From Methanosphaera stadtmanae DSM 3091 (lineage in GTDB: Archaea > Methanobacteriota > Methanobacteria > Methanobacteriales > Methanobacteriaceae), in contig NC_007681.1 of NCBI RefSeq assembly GCF_000012545.1, forward strand, positions 1,590,001-1,622,000: a DNA stretch of 32,000 nt, read 5' to 3'. The notes under the pieces were generated by a model. That model saw only the letters and a program-made list of their open reading frames with translations, had not been told where the DNA came from and did no database searches. Below are positions 19,808 through 29,993 of the stretch, piece by piece; position 1 is the stretch's first letter, and each line of letters starts with the position of its first letter. The position numbers were made by a program, and so were the translations under genes.

Positions 19808-20599
19808 CGTATCTCACGGTCCACTATTTTTTTAAATATATTATAATCATAATTATATTTATTATTTATTCTTTCTATTAATTAAAAATTTTTAATAATA
19901 TAAATTAAGTTATGTTTTCATATCTTTTGAATAATATAATAATAAATCTTCATTTAATAAAAATAATTAATAAAAAATTATTTAAAAAAAATAAAGTAAC
20001 ATTTATATACTACCATTATACAATATTAAGAATAGTGGAAAAAAAATCAATAAAAACTAACCATTTTTTCACTATAAAAAATGCATATATTCTAAAAGGG
20101 TATTGTAGTATAAATTTATCCCTCTTAGTCAGAGAATACCCTAACCTCTACTAAGTTAAGGATTAAAAAAAAAGATATAAATAATTAAAATCATCAGCAA
20201 CACATAGTATGGTTTAAACAAACCAATTTAAACCTAGTGTTATGATTAAAAAAAACCCCTTAGTATGGATAATTTAATTAATATACCTACATTAGTATTG
20301 TATTAAACAATAAAATCCAGACCATGATGGTTGAAAATAAGTCAACTCTAATAAATTTGAATAAAAAAATATATCATAAATATATTCCATTTCACCACAT
20401 TATACTCTTTAATAATAATACAATACCCCTAATAAATCCAATATAATAAAACTTTAAAAAAAATTAACTTTTAAATGTTTTACTTTTTATTTATTTTTAT
20501 AATTGAATTTTTCTAAAAAGAATTTACTATTTTTATTTAGAATAAGAAAAAAATTTAAAAAAAAGTTTTTTTAATAATACATTTATTTTATAAAATAAT

Positions 20600-20812
20600 T
20601 TAATTACCCATACGTAATTTTGACATTAATTTTCCCATAAACCCCATTTCTTCCTCTTTTTTAGGTTTTTTAGGTATATTTGTACGTGGTAATCTTACTT
20701 CATAACCACAATTTGGACATAATACATTATTTCCACCACAACCACAATTACAATCCATGGGTTGTGCTGTAGTTTCATCAAATTTGTGTCCACATAATTT
20801 ACATTGAATCAT
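20600..20812 (-). CDS. Small Cys-rich zinc-ribbon-like protein, feo-linked paralogue 2
   Basis: 'MIQCKLCGHKFDE...CNCGCGGNNVLCPNCGY' followed by a basic linker and 'MGFMGKLMSKLRM'. Alignment with paralogue 1 and a GAGG about 10 nt upstream favour ATG 20812 over the listed 20821. Confidence 0.7.
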   Translation of the reverse strand: MIQCKLCGHKFDETTAQPMDCNCGCGGNNVLCPNCGYEVRLPRTNIPKKPKKEEEMGFMGKLMSKLRMGN

Positions 20813-20962
20813 TTTAGTCATGCCTCAATTTATATTAATATTCATATATTATAAATATTTATTGAAAAAATATTAAAAAATCCAAATTAATCATAAAAAT
20901 TAGAAAATAGAATTAGAATTAAATTAGAAAAAAGTTTATGAAAAAAGTACTTCTATATTTAT

Positions 20963-21169
20963 TTAAAAAAAACTTTTAATTCTATCCATAATTGAAAAAT
21001 TAAAGTTTTCATTATTTGTTTTTTTAAATTCCTTTGGACGTGGCATATCATAACCACAATTTGGACATCGAACATTATTTCCATGACATCCACCAAAGGC
21101 ACAGCTACATCCACATGGTTTCACATTTTTTTCATCAAATTTACAACCACATATTCTACATTGTATCAT
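20963..21169 (-). CDS. Small Cys-rich zinc-ribbon-like protein, feo-linked paralogue 1
   Basis: 68 aa: 'MIQCRICGCKFDE...CGCSCAFGGCHGNNVRCPNCGY' followed by 'FSIMDRIKSFF'. AGGAGA SD lies 7 nt upstream. Confidence 0.75.
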   Translation of the reverse strand: MIQCRICGCKFDEKNVKPCGCSCAFGGCHGNNVRCPNCGYDMPRPKEFKKTNNENFNFSIMDRIKSFF

Positions 21170-21351
21170 TGATAAGTCTCCTTTATTGTTTATTAAATAA
21201 TTGTAATTAATAATTATAAAATTTTTATTAAAATTAGAAAAAAGAGTTTTATTCTTTTTTGATTTTCTTTATGACTTCTGGACTTGCACCTATAATCATA
21301 ATAAACACCTCCATAAAATAAAAAAGATAGTATAAAGATTATACTATTATT

Positions 21352-23355
21352 TTAAGTAAATCCTAGCAGTAATCCTCCTTGATATACAATAAATGCCATT
21401 ATATATGCTATAACACAACATGTTACTACACAGACACCCATCCACTTCCAAGAGTTAGATTCTTCTTTTATTGCACCAAGACATGCAAAACATGGAACAT
21501 ATAATAATGTAAATACCATGAATGATAATGATGATAATGGTGTGAATAATGATGGTAAAACTGTACTTATTCCATCTTCACCTACACCAAATAGTGTACC
21601 GAAGGTAGATACTACAATTTCTTTTGCCATTATACCAAATACTAAAGCTACTGCTGCTTGCCAGAAACCAAATCCTAGTGGAGCAAATATTGGAGCTATA
21701 ATATTTCCAAACATACCAATTATACTTTGAACAGATCCTTCTTCTACACCTGGTGGTAAATTACCAAGTAACCATACAATAATGGATGTTCCTAGAATAA
21801 TTGTACCTGCTTTTTTAATGAAAAGAGAACCTCTTTCCCACATGTGTAATCCTGCACTTTTAAGTGTAGGTAATCTATAAGGTGGTAATTCCATAATAAA
21901 TGGTGCAGATTCTTCTGAAAATGCTGTTCTTTTAAGTAATCTTGCAACTATAATTGCTACTATCATACCAAGTATATATAAACCAAAAGTTATTTCTGCT
22001 TGGTTTGATATAAAGAATACTGCTGTAAATAATGCATATATAGGTATTCTTGCACTACATGATATAAATGGTAATGCTAACATTGTAGATATTCTATCAC
22101 TTTCATTTGCTAATGTTCTTGTTGCCATTATTCCTGTTACATCACAACCAAAACCTAGAATCATTGGTATAAATGCTTTACCTGATAATCCCATTATTTT
22201 ATACATTGCTCTATCAATAACAAATGCTGCTCTTGCTAAGTAACCAACATCTTCTATTAAACTTAGTAAGAAAAACAATATGAATATAATAGGTATAAAT
22301 GTAAGTATGGAACCTACTCCACCAATTACACCATTTAATACAAATGATGATGCTAATCCATCACCTAGTATTGGAGTAATGCTATCTATAAGCATTGTAA
22401 ATGCTTCATCTATTAAATCTTGGAATGGTCCTCCTATTGTATATGTAAGTTGGAAAACTCCATATATCACTATTAAAAATATTGGTATTCCAAGTATTCT
22501 ATTGGTTACTATATCATCTATCTTATCTGTGAGTGTTTTTTTACCTGCACCAGGTTTTTTTACACAAATTTTCATAATTGAATCTATTTCAGCATATCTT
22601 GCATTGATAAATGCATCATCTACATTATCATTTAATATACCTTCAAGATGTCTTCTTATGTTATTTACTTTCTGTAGATTTTGTTTATCAGATGATTTTT
22701 CAGCAATGTCTATTACTTCATCATCACCTTCTAAAAGTTTTATAGCTGTCCATGAGTCTGGTGCTGAACCTATCTTTAAATTAGGAAATAGTCCTTTAAC
22801 TTCATTTACATGATCATCTAATTCAAATCCATATGTTAATCTAGATGAACAATCTTTTGGATGGTTAGCTGCTTTGATTGTTGCACGTACTAATTCATTT
22901 AATCCTGTTCCTTCTCTTGCATCCACGACAACTATTGGAATTCCTAATGTTTCCTCTAATTTTTTTAGATTTATTTTGAAACCTGCATCTTCAGCATAAT
23001 TTAACAAATTCACTGCTAGTATTGTATTAGCACCTGTTTCCATGATTTGTAATGTTAAATATAAGTTTCTTTGAATATTTTCTGCATCAATAACATTTAT
23101 TACTGCATCATTTTCTTCATGAATAATTGCATCTCTTGAAACTTGTTCTTCTACTGAATATGGGGTTAGACTATAATTTCCTGGAAGATCTATAATTTCT
23201 ATATCATAATTATCAAATTCAAAACTTCCAGATTTTTGTTCTACTGTTTTACCAGGCCAGTTACCAACGTGTTGTTTCATACCTGTAAGATGGTTGAAAA
23301 TTGTACTCTTACCCACGTTTGGATTACCTGCTAATAAGAATTTTAGTTTCTCCAT
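21352..23355 (-). CDS. feoB: Ferrous iron transporter FeoB
   Basis: 667 aa with an N-terminal G domain ('GNPNVGKST', 'DLPG'), then a polytopic membrane domain with Cys-containing gate regions. Confidence 0.95.
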   Translation of the reverse strand: MEKLKFLLAGNPNVGKSTIFNHLTGMKQHVGNWPGKTVEQKSGSFEFDNYDIEIIDLPGNYSLTPYSVEEQVSRDAIIHEENDAVINVIDAENIQRNLYLTLQIMETGANTILAVNLLNYAEDAGFKINLKKLEETLGIPIVVVDAREGTGLNELVRATIKAANHPKDCSSRLTYGFELDDHVNEVKGLFPNLKIGSAPDSWTAIKLLEGDDEVIDIAEKSSDKQNLQKVNNIRRHLEGILNDNVDDAFINARYAEIDSIMKICVKKPGAGKKTLTDKIDDIVTNRILGIPIFLIVIYGVFQLTYTIGGPFQDLIDEAFTMLIDSITPILGDGLASSFVLNGVIGGVGSILTFIPIIFILFFLLSLIEDVGYLARAAFVIDRAMYKIMGLSGKAFIPMILGFGCDVTGIMATRTLANESDRISTMLALPFISCSARIPIYALFTAVFFISNQAEITFGLYILGMIVAIIVARLLKRTAFSEESAPFIMELPPYRLPTLKSAGLHMWERGSLFIKKAGTIILGTSIIVWLLGNLPPGVEEGSVQSIIGMFGNIIAPIFAPLGFGFWQAAVALVFGIMAKEIVVSTFGTLFGVGEDGISTVLPSLFTPLSSLSFMVFTLLYVPCFACLGAIKEESNSWKWMGVCVVTCCVIAYIMAFIVYQGGLLLGFT

Positions 23356-23388
23356 ATCATACCTCTGAATAATAATAATATAAGTAGT

Positions 23389-23408
23389 AATTTAGGTAAA
23401 CCTAAATT
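23389..23408. promoter_or_regulatory. Palindrome AATTTAGGT-AA-ACCTAAATT in the feoA-feoB spacer (candidate metalloregulator operator)
   Basis: 9-bp perfect arms, 34-53 nt upstream of the feoB ATG. It shares the core TTAGGTAWACCTAA with the site at 23849-23862. Confidence 0.45.
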
Positions 23409-23504
23409 ATGTTGGAATAATTTTTAAATAAAAAACAATGTTTAAATAAAAATAATCATGAACTTTTAATATTAATAAAATAACAATTGAATTAAAAAAA
23501 AGAG

Positions 23505-23726
23505 TTATTCTAACTCAATTGATTCCGCTTCTTCTTTTCTTAAAGCTAAAGAAAAACCTTGAATTCTAATTTCTACAGGATAACCTAATGGTGCCACTCT
23601 TTCAAGTTTTATAGGAGTACCATTAACAAGACCCATTTCTTTAAGATGTTTTCCAAGAGATCCTTTTACTTTATGTCTTTTAACAATTCCTGTTTCTCCA
23701 GGTTTTAAATCATTAACTGTTGTCAT
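23505..23726 (-). CDS. feoA: FeoA (SH3-like ferrous iron transport protein A)
   Basis: 73 aa: 'LKPGETGIVKRHKVKGSLGKHLKEMGLVNGTPIKLERVAPLGYPVEIRIQGFSLALRKEEAESI'. GGAGGG SD. Confidence 0.9.
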   Translation of the reverse strand: MTTVNDLKPGETGIVKRHKVKGSLGKHLKEMGLVNGTPIKLERVAPLGYPVEIRIQGFSLALRKEEAESIELE

Positions 23727-23842
23727 TTTTTTCCCTCCGAGAATAATATTTTATTTCTATATGATATTTTATTAAATCAAACATCATTACCCAATAAAAA
23801 ATTAGGTTTTAATTATTAAAATATTAACACATAATTAGTTAC

Positions 23843-23881
23843 ACCTAATTAGGTATACCTAAGTTTTTTATAGTATATAAA
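23843..23881 (-). promoter_or_regulatory. Putative feoA promoter: TATA box TTTATATA (- strand, 23881-23874) followed by overlapping palindromes TTAGGTATACCTAA (23849-23862) and ACCTAATTAGGT (23843-23854)
   Basis: Both palindromes are perfect. They fall where a transcription start is expected, about 12-35 nt downstream of the TATA element. A further TTAGGT half-site lies at 23802-23807. Confidence 0.45.
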
Positions 23882-24087
23882 TGTTGTGTTAATTAATTCC
23901 ATTTAAAAATAAACAAAATACCACAAAATAAATAGAAATAATAAAAAATATACTAAAAAAATAACAAATAATATAAACAAAATTTAAGTTTAATATAACC
24001 TAAATTTATTTTTTTTTATTCAAAAAAAAAGTAGAAATAAATTATTATCAAAAAAATCTAAAAAAAATAAAAAAGTAAAAAGTAAAA

Positions 24088-24357
24088 TTAATTACTTTCT
24101 ATAGCTTTTCTTTCTTCATCTAATTTATGTTTAGCCATTTGATACATTACTAAAAAGTCATCATCATCATTAACTGGAATTACTTCCAATCCTAATGCTT
24201 CATGTTCTTCAATCCATTCATCATTAAGAACAGGAACTTCTAGTTTAATTGGTTCATCTTCATGATTAACTACAATTAAATTTCTGAAAGATGTTCTTAC
24301 TTCTACAATATAACCTGCTAAACCTATTATATGATGTGGTCTTAATACTATTTTCAT
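24088..24357 (-). CDS. ehbP: Energy-converting hydrogenase B subunit P (small soluble acidic protein)
   Basis: 89 aa. It is the last gene after the NuoH/HycD-like subunit. GGTGA SD. The name is assigned from its position in the conserved ehb gene order. Confidence 0.6.
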   Translation of the reverse strand: MKIVLRPHHIIGLAGYIVEVRTSFRNLIVVNHEDEPIKLEVPVLNDEWIEEHEALGLEVIPVNDDDDFLVMYQMAKHKLDEERKAIESN

Positions 24358-24376
24358 TTAATCACCTTTTAAATCA

Positions 24377-25363
24377 TTATAATACAGCAATTAAAACTGC
24401 TACTACAGCAACAGCACTTGTTGCTATAACTGTAGGGAAAAACTCACGGTTAGTGAATAATGGTGAGAATGCACTTACTACAGCTGCAGCTATTGTTATT
24501 ATTATAGAACATATTATTGGTACAATTATTGAGATACCAAATACTGGTGGCATACCTAAGAATAATGTTGAATATACACAAGCTCCAACAAATATTAAGA
24601 ATGCATGTGCCATTACATATACTGCTCTGTATTTTGACATGTATTCAAGTAAAGGACCTTGAATTACATCTGAATGACCTTCCATGAATGCAAATGGATT
24701 AGAGTTAAGTACAATTAAGAATCCTACAAAGAACACAATTGTTCCTATGATACCTGGAAGTGTGAATAATATTGGACCTGTAATTAATTGATATCTTACA
24801 ATGTCTATTAAATTCAAACTTTTAGCCATTATTGCAGGAATAAATAAAGCTATATAAAATGGTAAACTACCATAAGATATGAGTTTTAATGATCTTTTTG
24901 CACTTAATTGTTCTATAAATGATTGTTTTGCACCAATATGTTTTCCACCTTTTGCTTGATCAGGGAAAGGCATGGTTTTTGATAAAAGTGATTGTGAGAA
25001 TGAACTCATAAATAAGTATAAAACTTCTTCCACTTTTAATAAACCAACTAATGCTACTAAACTAGCAAAAGATCCCCAAGCTACCATTACTTGTGGTATG
25101 AGTATGAGGAATATTGCTGCTACTATAATCAAAGTTATTAAAGGTAATATATTATATACTCTAGGCAATATTGCAGATGGTTCTAATACTTGTTTAAAGA
25201 AGAATTTTAATGTTGCATAGAAACCAGGACTTGAAAGTTGAGGACCAAGTCTTTGTTGTACTCTTGCCTCTGCTTTCTTTTCAATACCCGGTAACCATAA
25301 ACATACAATACTTGCAATTATAAAAGCACCTATAACATAGCCTATTGATGTTACTATATCCAT
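24377..25363 (-). CDS. ehbO: Energy-converting hydrogenase B integral membrane subunit (HycD/NuoH-like)
   Basis: 328 aa, polytopic. N-terminal 'EKKAEARVQQRLGPQ' resembles the NuoH/HycD signature. It follows the large subunit. Confidence 0.8.
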   Translation of the reverse strand: MDIVTSIGYVIGAFIIASIVCLWLPGIEKKAEARVQQRLGPQLSSPGFYATLKFFFKQVLEPSAILPRVYNILPLITLIIVAAIFLILIPQVMVAWGSFASLVALVGLLKVEEVLYLFMSSFSQSLLSKTMPFPDQAKGGKHIGAKQSFIEQLSAKRSLKLISYGSLPFYIALFIPAIMAKSLNLIDIVRYQLITGPILFTLPGIIGTIVFFVGFLIVLNSNPFAFMEGHSDVIQGPLLEYMSKYRAVYVMAHAFLIFVGACVYSTLFLGMPPVFGISIIVPIICSIIITIAAAVVSAFSPLFTNREFFPTVIATSAVAVVAVLIAVL

Positions 25364-25374
25364 TGTCTGATCTC

Positions 25375-26526
25375 CTATAATTTAATTATTTGTATAGCTC
25401 TATCAGTACAAGTGAAACATGGATCACATGATACAATAGCAAGTTGTGCATCCTGAATTGGGTGTCCAATACAAGATTCTTGCATTGCACCAATGTTAGA
25501 CATTGATGGAGTTCTTATAATACTATGTCTTACTTTTCCATCCTCTAAACCATATGAATGATAACATACTCCACGAGGTACTTCTATATAACTTTTATAA
25601 ACTGGTGAGTCTACTAAATCCCAATCTCTTGTTACAATAGGACCTTTAGGTAAGTTTTTAATAACTTGTCTAATGATCTTTGTTGATTCAAAGATTTCAG
25701 TTGCTCTCATAAGAATATTAGCCCTTACATCTCCACCATCTTGAGTGATAATATCAAATTCAAAAGGTTCATATTCAAACATTTCAGTTCTAAAATCATA
25801 TTCATATCCTGTTGCTCTTAAAGATGGGCCAGTTACATGTAAATCAAGTGCTTGTTTCTGTGATAATTCACCAGTACCAGTAATACGGTGCATTACCATT
25901 GGATCAGCTATGAATCTTTCAGCAAAATCTGCTACTTTTTCATCGATATAATCCATTGTGTCAAGTACTCTTTGTTGTTCTTTAAGATTTAAGTCAGCTC
26001 TAGGTCTTACTCCACCAAGAACTGATATTCCATATTGAACTCTGTTTCCACCCATCATATATAAAAGATCCATTACAGATTCTCTTATATAAAATATTCT
26101 CATAGCAAAGGTTTCATGACATAATACCTCAGATCCATGACCTAAGTATAACATATGACTATGTAATCTTTCTAATTCTTCTGCAAGAACACGTAAATAT
26201 ACTGCTCTTTCTGGAATTTCTATACCTAAAGCTCCTTCTCCTACACGACAGGAATTGTATATATGTCCGTTAGAACAAATACCACATACTTTTTCTGTTA
26301 AAGCATTTGCTTTTTCTACAGGTAGTCCTTCCATAATTCTTTCAATTCCTCTATGGTTTAAACCTACAGTAATTTCAGCATCTTTTACTATTTCATCTTC
26401 TACAAATAGTCTAACTCTGTAAGGTTCTAAAGCTGCCGGATGTACTGTACCCATATTGATTTCTGTTTCAAAAACTTGTCTTTCTGTTTTGTCACAAGTT
26501 GTTGCTCCATCTATTTTTGTAACCAT
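25375..26526 (-). CDS. ehbN: Energy-converting [NiFe] hydrogenase B large subunit
   Basis: 383 aa with N-terminal Ni ligands '[10 protein letters not shown]' and C-terminal 'DPCFTCTDR'. Confidence 0.92.
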   Translation of the reverse strand: MVTKIDGATTCDKTERQVFETEINMGTVHPAALEPYRVRLFVEDEIVKDAEITVGLNHRGIERIMEGLPVEKANALTEKVCGICSNGHIYNSCRVGEGALGIEIPERAVYLRVLAEELERLHSHMLYLGHGSEVLCHETFAMRIFYIRESVMDLLYMMGGNRVQYGISVLGGVRPRADLNLKEQQRVLDTMDYIDEKVADFAERFIADPMVMHRITGTGELSQKQALDLHVTGPSLRATGYEYDFRTEMFEYEPFEFDIITQDGGDVRANILMRATEIFESTKIIRQVIKNLPKGPIVTRDWDLVDSPVYKSYIEVPRGVCYHSYGLEDGKVRHSIIRTPSMSNIGAMQESCIGHPIQDAQLAIVSCDPCFTCTDRAIQIIKL

Positions 26527-26543
26527 ATAAATACCTCTTCAAA

Positions 26544-26996
26544 TTATTTATCTTCTTTTCCAAGTAGTATTGGTATTACTGATACTACTCCAGCTACAAC
26601 ATCTTCTGGCCTTACTGCACATCCAGGTATTTTAGCATCTACTGGTATAACATTATCTACAGGTCCTTCAATTTCTTCAGAAGGAATTTCTCCATGAATA
26701 TTTTTGTATACTCCACCAGTTAAAGCACATGCTCCTACTGCAACAACTAATTTAGGTTTAGGTATTGCTTCGTAAATTTTAAGAAGTGGCTCTTTAGTCC
26801 AGTAAGTTACAGGACCAGATACTACTAAAACATCAGCTTCCCTTGGATTCCATGTTAAATACACATTGTATTGTTCTATATCGAATTTAGGAGACAATAC
26901 TGTGTTAACTATTTCTATATCGCAACCGTTACATCCACCAGTATAAACTAACATAAGGTGTATTGCCTTTTTACGGGCTTGTGATTTTAATCCCAT
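26544..26996 (-). CDS. ehbM: Energy-converting hydrogenase B small subunit (NuoB-like, one [4Fe-4S])
   Basis: 'GGCNGCDIE', 'GACALTGG' and '[10 protein letters not shown]' motifs. AGGAGGA lies 6 nt before ATG 26996, which makes it a better start than the listed 27017. Confidence 0.9.
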   Translation of the reverse strand: MGLKSQARKKAIHLMLVYTGGCNGCDIEIVNTVLSPKFDIEQYNVYLTWNPREADVLVVSGPVTYWTKEPLLKIYEAIPKPKLVVAVGACALTGGVYKNIHGEIPSEEIEGPVDNVIPVDAKIPGCAVRPEDVVAGVVSVIPILLGKEDK

Positions 26997-27006
26997 GCTT
27001 ATCCTC

Positions 27007-27534
27007 CTAATTCTCATTTCCAGCTGCTTCTTGAGCTGCTACTTTTTCTTTTAATTCTCTATTTTTCTGAATAATTGAATCATCAGTTAAATATTGAGCT
27101 ATGTATTGGATTTTCTTCTCAGATACTTCACTTGGATCTAATAACATACTGTTTACATCCTTATCACATTTGTTTCCAATGTCATTAGGATGAATTGTTG
27201 CTGCTACTCCAAATAATGCATATACTGGACAGAAATCGTGACATTGATAACAATGTACACAGTTAATTTCATCAATCTCAGGAATTGCTGTTTTAACTAT
27301 GCCATCAGCTATTTCTACAGGTTCTACTGGAACCATAATAATAGCTTTTGTAGGACATACATTAGAACATCCTCCACAACCAATACATTCTACTTCTGCA
27401 ACTTTAGGTGATGGTTTCACATTACCATTTAATACATCTTCACGTAATTGTAAATCTGTTCTACATTCACTACCAAAAATTATTCTTTTAAGGTTGTTGT
27501 AGATTCCGTTGATAAAAACTTTTCCTAAACTCAT
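27007..27534 (-). CDS. ehbL: Energy-converting hydrogenase B 2x[4Fe-4S] ferredoxin subunit
   Basis: 175 aa with '[12 protein letters not shown]' and '[12 protein letters not shown]'. It has an ATGA start/stop overlap with ehbK. Confidence 0.85.
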   Translation of the reverse strand: MSLGKVFINGIYNNLKRIIFGSECRTDLQLREDVLNGNVKPSPKVAEVECIGCGGCSNVCPTKAIIMVPVEPVEIADGIVKTAIPEIDEINCVHCYQCHDFCPVYALFGVAATIHPNDIGNKCDKDVNSMLLDPSEVSEKKIQYIAQYLTDDSIIQKNRELKEKVAAQEAAGNEN

Positions 27535-28886
27535 ATTGTAGCCCCAAAGTCTCTTTGTATTTTTATTGCTCTAGCAGGACATGCTGTCTTACAAGCTCCA
27601 CAATAAATACATCTGTTGTTATCAATTTTTAAGTTACCTTCTTCATCAGGAGCAATTGCTTTGAAAACACATGCATCTATACATACTCCACAACCTACAC
27701 ATAAGTTATTGTTGATCATGGAATATCCACTTTGTATTTTCATTTTAAGTGGTGATGTTTTAGGTATAGCATTTACTGGACAGTAAATTCCACATTTTTC
27801 ACAAAGAACACATTTATCAAAGTTAAGTTTTACTTCTTTATCTTCAATAGTTAATGCATCTTTTGGACAAACTTCTACACAAATACCACATTTAATACAT
27901 TGTGCCCCAATTTCTCCATTCCATGAAGTATTTCCAAATTTACGTGCACCATATTTACATTCAGGAATACATCCTCCACAACCTACACATATACCTTCAA
28001 GTGTAATTTTTGAATCTGGAACAAATTCTAATACACCTTGTGGACAAGCTGTTACACATGGAGCATGTTCATAGTCTGCTGCACAATGTTCTTCATTATT
28101 AACATTATTACATAATGAACATAAATCTGCACTGAATCTAACTTTTTTATTGATAATTTGTAAACCATTTGTTGGACATGCATCTGCACATACTTTACAA
28201 TCAATACATCCAATCATTTTTGTATCGTTTTCAACATCATATTCTGGTTGTTGAATTTCAAGTTCAAAGTCTTTTTCAATGATTGCATCGTTTGGACATT
28301 CAATTAAACATTTGTAACATAATGCACATTTTTTCATGTCAACTTGATATGCTCCACCTTCTTCAATAGGTCCAATTGCATTTCTTGGACAAACATCAAT
28401 ACAAGTATCACATTTTGTACAAACTCCTGGTTCTATGTATGAGAACTTAATTGAGTTTGTTGGACAGAAATATGCACATCTTCCACATTCAATACAATCA
28501 TCATGATTTGTTCCTACATTGATTCTGTTGACCATTTCTTTTTCCATTTGAACTGGTCTTTTTGGTGGTGCCATTCTAGCATTATTTGGACATGCAGGTA
28601 CACATACACCACAATTAGAACATAATCCCATGATTTTTCCATCTTTAACTGTGATAACACTTACAGGACATACATTCATACACATTCCACATAAGTTACA
28701 TTTTGTTCTGTCTACTACATATCCACCAAATTTGTTTTTAAAGATAGCTTTGTTTGGACAGACTTTTTCACACTTACCACAGGTTATACAACTAACTGCT
28801 TTCCCATTAACTACTTTAATAGCATCAGTAGGGCAAGCATCTACACAATTTCCTGAGCCATTACAATTACCTGTTGTCATAAACAT
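27531..28886 (-). CDS. ehbK: Energy-converting hydrogenase B polyferredoxin (14 [4Fe-4S]-type motifs)
   Basis: 451 aa. I counted 14 CxxCxxCxxxC(P)-type motifs. The first is spaced CX5CX3CP and the ninth has a long insertion (CSLC...C...CVTACP). Two motifs end in CK or CV instead of CP. Confidence 0.88.
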   Translation of the reverse strand: MFMTTGNCNGSGNCVDACPTDAIKVVNGKAVSCITCGKCEKVCPNKAIFKNKFGGYVVDRTKCNLCGMCMNVCPVSVITVKDGKIMGLCSNCGVCVPACPNNARMAPPKRPVQMEKEMVNRINVGTNHDDCIECGRCAYFCPTNSIKFSYIEPGVCTKCDTCIDVCPRNAIGPIEEGGAYQVDMKKCALCYKCLIECPNDAIIEKDFELEIQQPEYDVENDTKMIGCIDCKVCADACPTNGLQIINKKVRFSADLCSLCNNVNNEEHCAADYEHAPCVTACPQGVLEFVPDSKITLEGICVGCGGCIPECKYGARKFGNTSWNGEIGAQCIKCGICVEVCPKDALTIEDKEVKLNFDKCVLCEKCGIYCPVNAIPKTSPLKMKIQSGYSMINNNLCVGCGVCIDACVFKAIAPDEEGNLKIDNNRCIYCGACKTACPARAIKIQRDFGATI

Positions 28887-28901
28887 TTCATATTACCCCA
28901 C

Positions 28902-29216
28902 TTAAGCCTCACTTTTAGTTCCTAATAATCCTCTTCCGACTATTGCACCAATAATAGCAACTACAAATCCTGGTCCTAATGGTAAACTTTCATAGTATGG
29001 GAAAGTTCCAAACCAGTATGCTATGATGATTCCTGCAATTATTATAGCAATCCATGAGGAAGTATTGAGTTTTATACCTTTTGTTGGTGTTTTATGCATA
29101 ATAACTCCTGCTAGGAAACCTATAATAAAACCAACTATTGTTGGTCCAGTATATAAGACTCCAAAAAGGTTAGGAGCCATTGATTGTAAAAACGGTACTG
29201 TACTTTCTATAACCAT
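28902..29216 (-). CDS. ehbJ: Energy-converting hydrogenase B small membrane subunit
   Basis: 104 aa with three hydrophobic segments. GGGGGAG SD. Named by position. Confidence 0.6.
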   Translation of the reverse strand: MVIESTVPFLQSMAPNLFGVLYTGPTIVGFIIGFLAGVIMHKTPTKGIKLNTSSWIAIIIAGIIIAYWFGTFPYYESLPLGPGFVVAIIGAIVGRGLLGTKSEA

Positions 29217-29227
29217 ATTTACTCCCC

Positions 29228-29713
29228 CTATTCTATTTCCTCATCATCAACGTAGTCTTCTTTGTATTTAGTTACACTATAGAAAAGAACTACTAATGTT
29301 GTTAATCCTATAAATACTTTTAATCCTACCACTATGTTTAAATATGGAATTATTCCAGCATGTAATGCATCTGGGAAGTTAAATATAGCTTCTACACCAG
29401 ATGGTACTAATCCATATATGTTTGTTCCTAAGTTATAAAGGAATGAACCACCTGTAAATAATCCACATAAACCAAGGAATACATAACCTAAAGCTCCAAA
29501 GCTTTCTATTATGGACATTCTTTCGTGTGAAAAATTAAATGGATTTTCTTTTAAACCATATGCAAGAATACAGAGAATAGCTCCTGAAGCCATAATAGCT
29601 CCTCCCTGGAAACCTCCTCCAGGTGTAATGTGTCCACCAAGAATAGTCATAGCACCATAACCTATTAATATAAAGGATAATGGGTATGATATTAATTTAA
29701 GAAGATCACTCAT
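29228..29713 (-). CDS. ehbI: Energy-converting hydrogenase B membrane subunit (MnhB/MrpB-like)
   Basis: 'GGGFQGGAI' motif. GGAGG lies 8 nt before ATG 29713 (the listed start 29728 is TTG inside the SD). It has an ATGAGTGA overlap with ehbH. Confidence 0.7.
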   Translation of the reverse strand: MSDLLKLISYPLSFILIGYGAMTILGGHITPGGGFQGGAIMASGAILCILAYGLKENPFNFSHERMSIIESFGALGYVFLGLCGLFTGGSFLYNLGTNIYGLVPSGVEAIFNFPDALHAGIIPYLNIVVGLKVFIGLTTLVVLFYSVTKYKEDYVDDEEIE

Positions 29714-29993
29714 CGTCGTCGCCTCCAAGGTTTACTTTTCCTCTACCAAATACGAGCATAGTTGTTACTACAGCACTAACTAAGATTAATGCTTCACCTA
29801 AAGTATCGAATCCTCTGAAATCAAATACTATGTTTGTTACCAAGTTAGGTGCTACAGATACTCCTAATCCTTGATAGATATAGTTGATACCAGGGAATAT
29901 TAAGGAACTGAAGTTATACATTGAACTTAAAAATACTGCTGAGAATGCTAGAAAAGATACAGCTAATGCTATTTTTCTAATAGAAGATTTCAT
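29706..29993 (-). CDS. ehbH: Energy-converting hydrogenase B membrane subunit (MnhB N-terminal-like, 'RGFDTLGEA')
   Basis: 95 aa with two TM segments and the G-x-DTLGE motif shared with the Mrp antiporter B subunit. Confidence 0.65.
   Translation of the reverse strand: MKSSIRKIALAVSFLAFSAVFLSSMYNFSSLIFPGINYIYQGLGVSVAPNLVTNIVFDFRGFDTLGEALILVSAVVTTMLVFGRGKVNLGGDDDE

Noticed and set aside
19912-20154. An 80-aa ORF in the long intergenic region.
   Set aside because: Its composition is low-complexity Ile/Asn/Lys-rich, as expected from translating AT-rich non-coding DNA. It has no SD and no motif.
20130-20205. Candidate C/D box sRNA on the - strand (CUGAUGA ... CUGA).
   Set aside because: The C box is non-canonical, with C instead of a purine before UGAUGA. 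No internal C'/D' boxes were found, the spacing of about 60 nt is long, and a T10 run in the middle would terminate archaeal transcription.
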